Below are positions 52,006 to 64,000 of a stretch of 64,000 nt of DNA, piece by piece. Position 1 is the first letter of the stretch. Each line of letters starts with the position of its first letter. The stretch is taken from NCBI GenBank assembly GCA_964016885.1, contig CAXHJY010001677.1, positions 124,001 through 188,000 of the forward strand, given 5' to 3'. Source of the stretch: Eledone cirrhosa. Its lineage: Eukaryota. The notes under the pieces were generated by a model. The model was not told the DNA's origin. It saw only the letters and a list, made by a program, of their open reading frames with translations, and made no database searches. The position numbers and the translations under genes were made by a program.

Positions 52006-53984
52006 CTCTGTGTAGAATCTAATAATGAAATATATAACAGCAAGAAGAGGTATTTTAAGTATATCTTTCTTGTTAAACAAGGGGTTGGCTATGTGGGCCC
52101 GATGACAAGCTTCTCTAATTTACCCTATCAGCTACATCAAAAGTAAGATAAATGATCCTCTGTGACTTACAAAAAGGGTATTACAATTTTTTGGCGAGAT
52201 TTAGTTATTAGGAATAGCAGCCAAATCTGTCTCATATCACACCCCAACATCTTAAAAAGAACAGAATGTCACTATAGATAATATAGTTTTGGATATCCCT
52301 AATCAGACAACATGGTCACTGCAGGATAATAGGCCTACTTGTTCACAATATTATGTAAGAGTATTTGTTATGTTTCAAACATAATCTTAATTATAAGAAA
52401 GTTAGTTATGCTGCAACATATTCATCTTTTTCAAAATTTTCAAAATTATCTAAAAATCATATTTAGTGTTTTCAGTAGAAATATAGTAATGAAATGAATC
52501 AGCAGTAAGTAACAAAAATGCATTTAAAATTACTTTTTGCATTATACATCTGTTTGGATTGTCATTTAATTGGATTAGAAAATGTGATATTATACACAAC
52601 AATAGTATATCAAATTTTATGTTTTAAATACAACAAAATACAATATAGAAAAATAGTATTAATTTTCTTCTTTTTTTTATTGTAAATGATTCCTTTGTGT
52701 AAGAATTATGGCATTTTTTATTTTCATTATTACCACTTCATGATTTTGATAAACCTAACTACTCCACCTCCTCTTTCCTTTTCTCTCATTATTGAACTTA
52801 AGTCTTTTGTCTTCATGTTATATTATTCGTTTTGTGTTTTAATCTGATTTCTATCTAACCCATACAAACGAAAATATTAATAATGCTTGCTGCAACAAAA
52901 ATTATAACTTTTGGTAAATAAATATATAAAACTTTTTTCAAATGTGTCATCATCATATACTGGGTATATTTTATTTTGGCATGCTTACAATGTTATTGGG
53001 TGCATTTTATTGTAGCACCAGCATTACCACTTTGCAGAATGTACTTAATGTATTTTATCATGGCATTATTGTACAAACAATATTTCAAGACTAATTATTT
53101 AAAAATATACTTTATGAGTAGTAACGTCTCAATAGAGCAAGTATAGCAACGACTATTCTTTATATATGCTGTAACCTCAGCTCCCACAAATCTCTTTGCT
53201 TCATCCATGTTATCTTGGTATAGTACTCTTTACCAATACTCTGCTTTTCATCAAACTGCTTCCATCACTAACTTTGCTTTGGTGTTCTCATCATCGCATC
53301 ACCTCCCTCCTAATGTTACCAAAAGTCATGTTTTTTCTTTCCCTAATTACTACCCTGTCAATTCACAACACACTTCATAATTATCGCCTTACTATTGCTC
53401 CCCCAACCACAGAGCAGCGAGAACTCTTCCATTGGGAAAAAGACCAGCAATCTCTTTAGTGTTAGTGTCACAAAAATGCACTTGGTATACCTTGTAAGGT
53501 GGTTGGCCACAGAAAGGACACCCCTATACAGATGCTATGCCTAAAAGGGTTGAGAAGACCCTTCAGTTGTGTCAAGGACATGGCAGCTTCCTTAGTGTTG
53601 GTGATCTAGAAGATAAATGCACTGTCTCATTGGTCTATTGGTACCACTGGCTCTGGTGGGGATAAAAGGTGTACCAGTATAGTTTTGGCACTCAAAGAAT
53701 TTATAGACCTTATATCAAATATTATATTAGAAATATAAAAAATTAAAGGTTCCAATATTCTAGCAAATATTATTAACTTTATATCTTACAGCTTACATCA
53801 TTAGTTGAGGTTCAACTTCCTGAAACCAATTAATGATACAATGGAATCCCCCTATGATTTTCAAATGCTCTTGCTAAGTTATCAGCTTTTAAGCATAATT
53901 TGAATATTTCTGTTAGCTATTGTGCTTTTCAGTTTTCAGCTTGAGTGGGCCGCAATTAGTGATAATTTATGTATATCAAATGGG

Positions 53985-54205
53985 CAGTTGATTAACAGTA
54001 TCAGTAGAACATCAGACAACATGCTTTGCAACATATAGTTACGTCTCTTTACATTCTGATTTCAAATCCTACCGATGTTAGCTTTGCCTTTCATCCTTAT
54101 GGGGGTTGATAAAATATATTGCCAATGGCACACTGGGGTCGCTTTAATCAACTTTTTCCTCCACACAAATTGTTGGTTTTGTGTCTAAATGAGAAACCAT
54201 TATTT
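53985..54205 (+). mobile_element. Decayed tRNA-derived SINE
   Basis: CAGTATCAGTAG..TTCAAATCC..CTTTGCCTTTCATCCTTATGGGGGTTGATAAAAT. Confidence 0.75.
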
Positions 54206-57200
54206 ATATCAATGTATTCATTTTTATATATACTAGCAGAAAAACCGCCCCTTGAGCAAGAATACAACAAAATGTACTATCTGTTCAAAATAGTTATATT
54301 TCTACACTTCATACTTATTTAAATGAATATTCTTTTTATGTTTCCAACCAATTCTTCTATGTAATATTTCTGGAGCTTGCTTTTTATATTTCTTTTCCAT
54401 TATTATCACTGCCTGAAATTATTAACATTGTACCAATTTTACAAACACTGCCACTGAATATGATTTATGCATCAACACTAGATTTCCTTAATTGCATTTC
54501 AAAACATCTTTGAGTGAGAGAATATTGATTTATGATATTAGGTTTTGATCCAGTTACTTGTTACCATCAAGATGTCAATGACACCCTTCTGTTGCTCTTT
54601 CATACTGTTGCTTTCTTTCAGTATTTCCTTCTTTGGTTCATTATGTTTGTACTCTCATTCTTTCTTTGTTTATTTCTTCGCCTCTCTTGCTCTAAGTCTT
54701 CTCTGCTGCAGGTTTTCTATCTTTTTCTTTCTTTCTTGCTGTATTTATGCCTCTCCCACCTCTCTCTCTCTCTCTGTCACCCTTGCTTTGAGTTTTTATT
54801 TTCTTTCTTTCATTTCTTTCTCTTTTAGTTCTTATGTTTTCTTTCAGCTTTGAAACAATATTAAATATTTCTTATTATTTATTTCTTTTCTCCATTTTCG
54901 TACATGCCAGTTATTTTCATGTCTTACACTTTAGCAATTCTTTTTAAATATATAATCAAGAATTGTTGAAACAAATTAAATAAATTATTAGCCATTATTG
55001 TAACTGGTGTTTTAATCTCTATCATGTAGCATTTCGAATTGTCACTAATAAGTGATTAACTTCAGAAAAAAATGTGTCTTTTAAGTCGTCTTATCACTGT
55101 TTTTTTTCGTGTGTTTGAGAAGCTGTGGTCATGATAGTGGTAATGGTGGTGATTGTGTTTGGAAGAAAATAGAGGTTCAATAGAACTACATTTATTTTAT
55201 GGCCCTTTAATATGTGTGATTCTGTCTATTTTAATGCTAGAACATTGGATGAGATGTATTCTTTAGTGCTCTTGGTTAGCACCCTTCTCAGGATTCTGTA
55301 AATAAAATGATTTCTACTTACTGTTTGGCAAGCTGACAAATACAGTTTTTTACACTTCCTACCCTGACCACACTAAGAAAATTACTAAGACTATATTTTC
55401 TACTAGGCCATCTGCATTCATCCACACTAAATCCTGTTATGGTTCATAACACCATCAACTCTCTCAAGTGCTTAAGATATTTCAATAATGCTGTTATACA
55501 GCAAAAATGTTTTGTGATTTATTCTAAATCTATTATATATTTAATTTAATTACACAACATTATATAAAACTGAGGTTATATAATGCACCTGTCAGGTCTA
55601 TATTATACCATTTACAAATATTTTTGCAGGTATGTTTGTCAAATGTAGTACATGTGAATATTCTAAGTATACATGCACATTAGTTTGCTTATTTTTTTTA
55701 TGGAATTTCATATTGTGAATGTCGAAGAGGTGTTGTATGAAATGTCTGGTAATTTTATTTTTTGTAACTGTGATATATTTATTATTTTCAGTGTGATGGC
55801 TGGTTACAATTCATTTTCACTTGTATGGCTGGTGAAAAGAGAGACTGAAGCTCTGGCACTGTTAGTCTGTTGATTTGGAGCCAGTGATTTACAGAAGGCT
55901 AGTTATGTAATGGGGTTGTGATGTCCTCTGCATGTGAGGCTATATTTAAGCTATTATGACACATGTAGATACAGAATAAAAGTTATAACAAGATCCTATT
56001 GTGTGTTGTAATAATGAAAAACCTGGAAATATGTATCTAACAATATTGTATGGTTGAAAAACATTTTATAAATGATCTTTTGACAAAGAACATTCAGTTG
56101 TTCAAACAACTTATATACAACTCGTGAATAAATGTGTAAATGGTTGAATATTCTACAGACACATGTCGCCTTAACATAATTCCCAAGCAGAACCAGCATG
56201 ACAAAATATGTGACAAAGCTGGACCTTTAAATTATTGGTACAACTCACCTTGCAGCCCTCCTCACAGTTTCTGTCTTCATAATTTCAGTCACATAGTTTG
56301 ACTTGAGCTAAGGCTTTGGTAAAGACACATGCCTAAGGTGCTGTGCAATCGGATCAAGCCTAGAACGTCATGGTTGTGAAACAAACTTCGAAACCATTCA
56401 GACAAACCTGTGTGCCTAAATTACAGTTAGCTTGAATGCATTCTAGAAACTTTTAGTGTTGGCTTTCATGTTTAATTGACTGATGGAAAGGTACACTGCA
56501 TTAGAAAATCATTGTACCTGAGTCTAAAGTCTGTCTCAAGCCCAGAGTGTCATCAGGCCAATGCTTATCTCAGTTTACTGGCATGAAGTGACTGAGAGTA
56601 CTAGACACCGCCTTGTAAAGGGCACCAGTCCATTGCAGGCTTAACCCCCCAGCTATTGTTGATACTCATGTTTAGCTGAGTATATTGGACCAACATGAAA
56701 TAAAGTGTTTTTCTCAAGGTCAACACAACCCACTCCAGAAATTGACCCCACAACATTATGATCATACAATTAATAATTTTGTGCAGAAAAATATATTTCA
56801 AAGATTAAAAACTTTGCATTACTTTTATCCCAGAGGAGCTAATAGAGAAACCATCATAATATAACTTCTGACAAACACAAAAGCTTCAGGTGCTTTTAAA
56901 CTTATCCATAACATTTTACAAATAATCACATTCTGTTTATTTGTTGTATATTATTATTTTTCTGTATAAGATAGTCTTTCAGAAACAGAACCATTGTGAA
57001 TCATCAAACTCTATTTAGTAGTTGTGTTTGCAAATTTATATATGTTTGAAGAAGAGTACTGATTGCATATGAAATCTACTGAATGATTTTGTTAACACAG
57101 ATCATAAGTTTCCTCAGATTGTGGTTTTTATTTGTATTTGGTTTTATCTTATGAAATCCCATCCTTGTAATAGAATATTTTAGAAATTTGTGTATAGGAT

Positions 57201-57239
57201 TAATGTTTAATTCCATAGAGAGTTACATTGAACTGGAAT

Positions 57240-57555
57240 GTTCAGAGAATTATATGATAAACTAGTGATATTTGAACCAATATCTCTTATAGTACTGTTA
57301 CTATATAATTACCATTGTGGTCATAATGTCTATGGAAAGAATCGCTGCACAGATTTTACTGGCATAAACCAACCAGCAGAAGACGCAGGACTAGATTCCA
57401 AGCAAGATAGTTGGATAACATCCATGAGCTTGACTTGTCTTGCTTCAGAGTACAGCCAAATCAGAGACAGTTGCTTCTGACTCTGGAAGGTATGCTTAGG
57501 GACTCTTCTCCCACTACTCTCACAGAAATAAGTGGATGAAGAAGAAGGAAGCATA
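57240..57555 (+). pseudogene. Highly decayed LINE (RTE-X-like) C-terminal remnant
   Basis: ELY...HC...INQxAEDAGL resembles the LINE C-terminus; (GAA)n tail at ~57538-57550. Confidence 0.35.
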
Positions 57556-57591
57556 AAAGAAAGAAGCCAATTATCATATCAGACCATTGTT

Positions 57592-57790
57592 AATAATTGT
57601 TTCTACTTTTGGCACAAGACCAGCAATTATCCTATTGCTTTACTGGTGGTGCCTTATTTTATCGAACCCTGTAAGGATGAAAGGCAAATTAAACCTCGGC
57701 GGAAATTGAACTCACACAGTAAAGGACCATAACTCTATGCTGCAAAGCATGGTGCCCAACCCTCTACTGATACTGCCAATCTACCGCCAT
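57592..57790 (-). mobile_element. tRNA-derived SINE, followed by older SINE remnants (~57810-58035, ~58770-59000)
   Basis: Same family core; TSD-like CCATTGTTA. Confidence 0.8.
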
Positions 57791-60700
57791 TGTTATTAAC
57801 AGAAGGAGTTGGGATTTGAAGACCGATTGTACGGAGCCAGATCAAATACTATGAAGTATCCTGTCTGATTCTTTGAACTAATTCACCAACCCAACCCTAC
57901 CTGGAGTGTTATTTTATTTATTGGCCCTGAAGAGAAGAAAGGCAACATTAACATCATCAGAATTTGAACTCAGAGCCAGAACGAATACCAAGGCATTTAA
58001 TCCAATGTTCTAATGACTCTGCTAACTTACCACTCTCTGAAAAATATCAGTCTTCATGCTCACAATGAGATACATCTATACAGAGAATCTAAAATATTTT
58101 CTTTTTGTTTTTAGATAGCTTAACCAAAAGAGGAAGATCAGTGCCTTTACAAGGTCTCTAAAACCTTGAGAGTGAATTATCGTTGCATGAGAGTCTAATC
58201 CTAAATAGCTGCTATATAGTTAAATCTGTTAAATGCACTAAAGGTGCAAATCTTTACAAATGCATTGATTCCTATAATATTGTTTTGTCTTTGTGTTTTT
58301 ATGGCTTTGTCAAAGGAGAAAGGGTGATGCCAATGATACTTTACAGAAATTCCATGATCAGGGAAAATAAGTTATCCTTGAATCAGAAACCTGTTTAAGA
58401 TGTAACAGCAAATATATATTAGAATCTAGGTACCTGCAAACCAAGTTTGTGATTTGGTTGTACTAATTTAATTTTATTTGTATCAGTACTGACTCTGAAT
58501 ATGGGGAACAGTATGCTAAAACCTAATTTCCTATTTTACTATAAATCCATCCACAATTTTGTATAACTTTATTCTAGAAAAAATATCTATTTAGACGAGA
58601 AAAGAAGGACAATGAACCTGACCTATTTCAGGTCTTGTGTAGTAAAAGAATGAGAGAGAGAGGGACTGCATAAAGAAGGTGTTCTCATACCAGTGACCTG
58701 GTTTGCATGTTTGCAACAAAGTGAACTCTACTAGATATACCCATGGGCCAGATGCTGAAGCTAAACTGGGTAAAGTCTACCACCCAAATAAGACACAGCA
58801 AGATTTGAACCTAGAATGCAATGGACCAGAACAGATATAACAATACATCTCATCCAATGTTCTAGCAATTATTTGATCCACTACACTGGATAGGTATTTT
58901 ATTAATTGCCCCTTCCCCATCCCAAGGATGTAAAGCAAAATTGATTTGGGAATTTGAACACAGAGTGCTGAGAGCGGGAACATGTTCTGCACGATATTTT
59001 CTCCCAAGTTCACCATAGCAACGACTGTTTTAAGACAATGATTGGAATTTAATTTCTGCACTTAGCACTTTTGTTACCAAAACAATTAAAGCCATCATCC
59101 CAATTTCTCTGATACAAAGCTGTTTATTTTAAAAGGTTTATATTTATCTAAAATTCTTCCATCATGGTTCTATATAAGAATCTTTGTTAGATTATGGTAT
59201 AAACAACAGTTTTGCAATGAGAAAGTTCACTATATTACTAAATTTATTAAAATTCTTGATTATTTTCAAAATTATTTGAAAATCATAGATAGTTTCCTTC
59301 ATTAGTAATGAAAGGGTTAATGGCATTGAATATAGATTGTACTGGAAACATCTTAATGAAGTATTTAATAAAGTTAATATAAACAAGTTATATTAACAAG
59401 TTTAATGAAGTTTATATAAACATGTTTATTGTCTGTCACCTGGACAAAACTCTAATTTGAAAAAATACTCTGGAGGTGTTTTATTTTTTCTTTGCGGTTT
59501 TATATTTTACTGGTTAGTTTTTTTCTGTGCAAAATACCTGATAAAAAATAAAAGATAATATACCAGATAATTCTAAACAGGTAGTTATTAATGTGACAGA
59601 ATGTTTTAGAAAGGAAGAACAGCCTATTGGAAACATCATAATTGCATTGTTGTGTGTGTGTATTATATTGAGATATTCATGGAAAAATAAGACAAACGTG
59701 TTAAAAAGATGTACATTGTTGAAATTTTTTTTTATTTCTATACTAAATGAAAATAAAATAAAATAAATCACACACACAAATACATATGCACAAACACAAA
59801 AAAAATCACACTGACACACATGGATTGGATCTTTGTCAATTCTGATGACAGGGGTTCTAGTTGTTTTAACAAAGAAATATGCAATTTGTGAAAATATATA
59901 AGTGGCTGAGTATTCCACTAGCACATGGACCTATAACATATTTCTCAAAGTAATTTAGCATAATGTAGTGTGTGACAAGAATCGCATTTAAATTACAAGT
60001 CCAACTCATTTTTCTAGCTGAGTGGACTGAGGCAACATGAAATACCAAAATACTAGATTTGTAGTAAACAAATTTAACTCTTTAGCATTTGCATTACTCT
60101 CTATTAACTATTATATTTTCACGGTAAAGACTTTACCTCGCATAATATCGAATCTATGAGATTTTGATATTATTTATTTTGAGAACAATAACTTAACATA
60201 AGTATGAGCAGCCAGTTACAGCCAGTTTGAACAGAAAGAGGTGAGAGAATTCTGGCTGGATATGGCCAGTTTAAATGCTAAAGCGTTAAGAGAAAAATAT
60301 AAGAAACAAAATACATTTCAGATGCTTTCTTCCTAACACAGAAAAACGGTTGAAGCAATAGCTTAGCTCAGTGTATATGAAAATATAAAAGTCAACCACT
60401 AAAGTGAGATTTCTTTGTTTGTATGATGATAGGCATAGCATGACGTTTTCAAACCCATGCTAGCGTGGACGATAGACGTTAATCAATGATGAGGATGATG
60501 ATGGTGGTCCAGAAACAACATGAGAAGACCAAGTGTTTGTAATTTGCTCATATATTTGGACCATAAGTACACACACAAAGTATGACTGATACTGAAATGA
60601 TAAAGCTAATGATAGAAAATATCCATAATACACCACTTGACTTCAAGCTTAAATGAGTTGTTTTGCCTTGCCAGAGAAAGGTGCATTCTAAATAGTTTCT

Positions 60701-61085
60701 ATCTATGACTAAATCTGTGTGTGACTTTACATCAGTTTTCTGTCTGGTTTTTATATATCTCTCTCTCTCTTTCTCTGTCTACATTATACATATATATATA
60801 TGCGTGTGTGTAGTTATGAGAGTGTATATATATATATATATTTAATATAAAGAATGATGTATTCATGCAGAGAGATACTATAAATGTTTTATAAAATAAG
60901 TTGAAAACTTTTAAAAGATGGTAAAAAAGTTGCCATTGGCTGCTGTGAGGAATCAATCTCCTCAGGGTCTTACCTTTCGTTTATAAGCTATTTTATAGCA
61001 TCTGAACACATGAGCACATCATTCTTTATATTAACTTTATCGTTATAATGCTTTAAGAATCTGAGAGATTGACTACATATACACA

Positions 61086-63910
61086 TCATCATCATCATCA
61101 TCATCATTTTACGTCCACTTTCCCCTGCTTGCAAGGGTGGGACGGGTCCTATTCAGCACAGCATCTCTCCACTTGTCGCGGTCCTTCGTCATCTCCACCG
61201 TGAGCTTCAGCAATCTGAGGTCTGTTCTCACCAGCTCCACCTATGTTTTTTGTGGTCTACCTCTACCACGTGTTCCTTCAACTGGCATTTCCTGGCACTT
61301 CTTCACCCATCGGTTATCCTCCATGCGCATCACATGTCCATACCACCTCAGTCTCCTCTCTCGCACACTACTTTCTATCCCTCTGAGACACAGTTTCTCT
61401 CTCAACATATCCATGCTCGGTTATTCACCCACATTTACATTGCACATCCAACGGAGCATGCTTGCCTCATTTCTCTCCAGCCGTCGCATATCCTCTGCAA
61501 TTGATTCCCATGTCTCACTACCATGCAGCATCGTGATCCTCACACAGGCATCATATAACCTGCCTTTCGTACACAGGGAGAAACCCTTCTTCGTCAGCAG
61601 AGGAAGCAGTTTCCTAAACTTCTTCTAACCCATCCTTATTCTAGATACTATGGCCTCGGAACCACCATGTTAATCTGATCTCCTAGGTACCGGAAGCTAT
61701 CCACCACTTCTATAGCACACACCTGCATTTGAAAAATGTGTCTATCAATGCGACTTCTACTGTCTAAATTCCCTGTACATCTACTGCATACATATTTCTC
61801 CCTACCTGTTAGTTTGCTTGCTATCCCACTACATCTCTTGTGTACTCAGGATATGCATTGTGTGCATTTTATAAAATTTATGCCAGTTCCTTTTCTGCAT
61901 ATCGAACATGGCCATTTCCCTGACAGAATCAGAGTTTTGTCCTTTTTTCTACTCATCAACACTTTTGACTTAGCTAGGTTTACTCTCAGTCCTCTTGCTT
62001 CCAACTGCTGCTTCCATAGCCAGAATTTATTCTCTAGCTCCTCTACTGATTCTGCTTTAAGAACCAGATCGTCAGCATAGAGAAGTTCCCATGGACAGCC
62101 AGTCTTAAACTCCTCTGTTATGGCTTGGAGGACTATAATGAACAAGAGCGGGCTTTGGACTGAACCTTGATGTACACCTACTTGTATCTGGAATTCCTCA
62201 CTAAACTCCATTCCTACCTTGACTTTACTGACAGCACCGCTGTACAAAGTTTGCACTGTCCTCAAGAGCCATTCCTCAACACCTAGTTTCCTTAGGGACC
62301 ACCAGATGACAGATCGGGGTACTCTATCAAAGGCCTTCTCTAGGTCAACAAAGGCTAAGTATAGTGGCTTATTCTTCTCTAAGAACCTCTCTTGTAATTG
62401 TCTCACCAAGAAGAGGGCATCTGTTGTACTTTTCTGAGGCACAAAACCAAACTTCATCTCATCTAGTTTGACCCTTTCTCTAATTAGTTGTGCTAATATC
62501 CTTTCTGCCACTTTCATAACCTGATCCATCAGTTTAATACGCCTATAATTGCTCTTCTCCAGAGCATCCCCTTTACCTTTGTAGCAATTTATAAGAATAC
62601 TGCTGCACCAGTCTTTGGGTATGACACCACCAAATATAGCCTGATTGATGATGCGTGCAACCAGTTTAGTGCCTACGCCCCCTGATGCCTTCAGCATCTC
62701 AGCAACTATCCCCCGACAGCCTTACCATTTTTCATTTCCTTAATCGCCTCTTGGACCCTATATTCATCAATCTCAATAGCTGGTCCCTCTGTTGGATCTA
62801 CTGAGGGTAATTTCTCTCTCTCCCATTCGTTCTTCCCGTTCATCAGTCTCTCATAATGACATTTCCATGCCTCCTTTTTCAGATCATTCGTGACAGTAAG
62901 TACACCGGCATCATTCCGGACACATTTATCTCCAACAACATCCTGATTTGCATTGACACACTGCCTTGCAATGTGGAACACTGCACGCCTATGATCTTCC
63001 CATCGCAGAACATTGTTAAACCTCCTACTCTCAGCCTCCCTGCGTGCTAAGTACACCTGATGTCTAGCTTCTCTCTTAGTGGCTGTATATTCTTCCCTAC
63101 ACCCACCCTTTTTCCAAGCCTTTCATGCTAGTCATATGTCTCTAATGGCCTTATCTACTGTGCTGTTCTACCACCAGGTCATTCTCTGTCTGGTTGGAGC
63201 TCTGCTCCAGCCATAAGTTTCATCAGTAGCCTGCAGCAAGTTGTCACGTAAGAAATTCCACTTATTATCTATGTCATACGTCTCTAAATCGTCTTCTTTT
63301 TCGTCATACACATCTTGAAGGGATTTCCTAAATTTGTATTTTAGCTTCCAGACCTTTCTTCTCCACACCTTCCTGTATGTCTCATTCCATCTCTTGCTTA
63401 CTGAGATATCACTAACGACTAACCTATGCTGTGGGGTACATTCTTCCCCATGATATGCCTTGGTATTTGACACCATCTGCCTGTCCTGCTGCCTAACTAG
63501 TAAGAAGTCAATCTGGCTTATGTGCTTGCCTGATTTGTAGGGTCTTAGGTGGTTGGCAGGTTTCTGGAAGTTAGTGTTGCAAATAGTCAGTGTACTTGCG
63601 TCACAAAATTCAAGAAGTCTCATTCCTTCATTTCTTGAGCCATAACCGTGCCCACCATGTACCTCAGTGTAACTATCCTGGAGCTGGCCAACATGACCAT
63701 TGAAGTCTCCTGCTAGCATAACGATGTCTCCGTCTTCTGTCATTGCAGTTGTTTGTAAAAGTTGCTCTTAAAACCAGTCTTTCTCTTCTTTGCCTAGGCC
63801 AGCTTGGAGAGCATAGGAAGAGATGATTGTCAGTAGTCTCCTGCCTAATCTAATCTAAGCTTAATTATTCGATTACTAACTCGAACTACCTCTATTGTCT
63901 TATTGATCCA
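61086..63910 (-). mobile_element. Decayed RTE-clade LINE, 5'-truncated within APE
   Basis: AGDFNGHVG, SQIDFLL, PQHRLVV, FVDLEKAFDRVP, GVHQGS, LLYADD, WPCSIC..C..C Zn motif; (GAT)7 3' tail at 61086-61106. Confidence 0.93.
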
Positions 63911-64000
63911 ATATATATATATTTATTTATATACAATATATATTTATTATCATCATCATTATATATAACCACTTTTCCTGCTAGCAAAACTGAAGCAGGG

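Noticed and set aside
45006-61080. Host exons among short ORFs
   Set aside because: Only short low-complexity ORFs without recognisable domains; isolated splice-like motifs are not sufficient

Overview
Eukaryotic, very AT-rich, repeat-dominated DNA. I infer a cephalopod/octopus-type genome from the SINE and RTE families. No host protein-coding gene can be supported, and most ORFs in the track are artefacts of translating (TA)n/(TACA)n microsatellites. Bases 1 to ~37,000 are a dense nest of Penelope-like retroelements (PLEs; Neptune-like and Naiad-like RT + GIY-YIG, all 5'-truncated or broken) and short RTE-derived non-autonomous elements, inserted in and separated by (TA)n arrays. This part includes an ~8-kb tandem duplication, a composite ~750-bp satellite, and about 15 hammerhead-ribozyme (HHR) or HHR-like motifs read by eye. 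Most PLE insertions have a 'both 3' ends pointing outward' layout, and several tiny insertions are fold-back hairpins whose junction falls inside the HHR. Bases ~37,000-64,000 are ordinary non-coding DNA with two decayed RTE LINEs, a Chapaev3-type (CMC) DNA transposon with TIRs and a TTA TSD, and tRNA-derived SINEs. All structures and boundaries were determined manually and are approximate.
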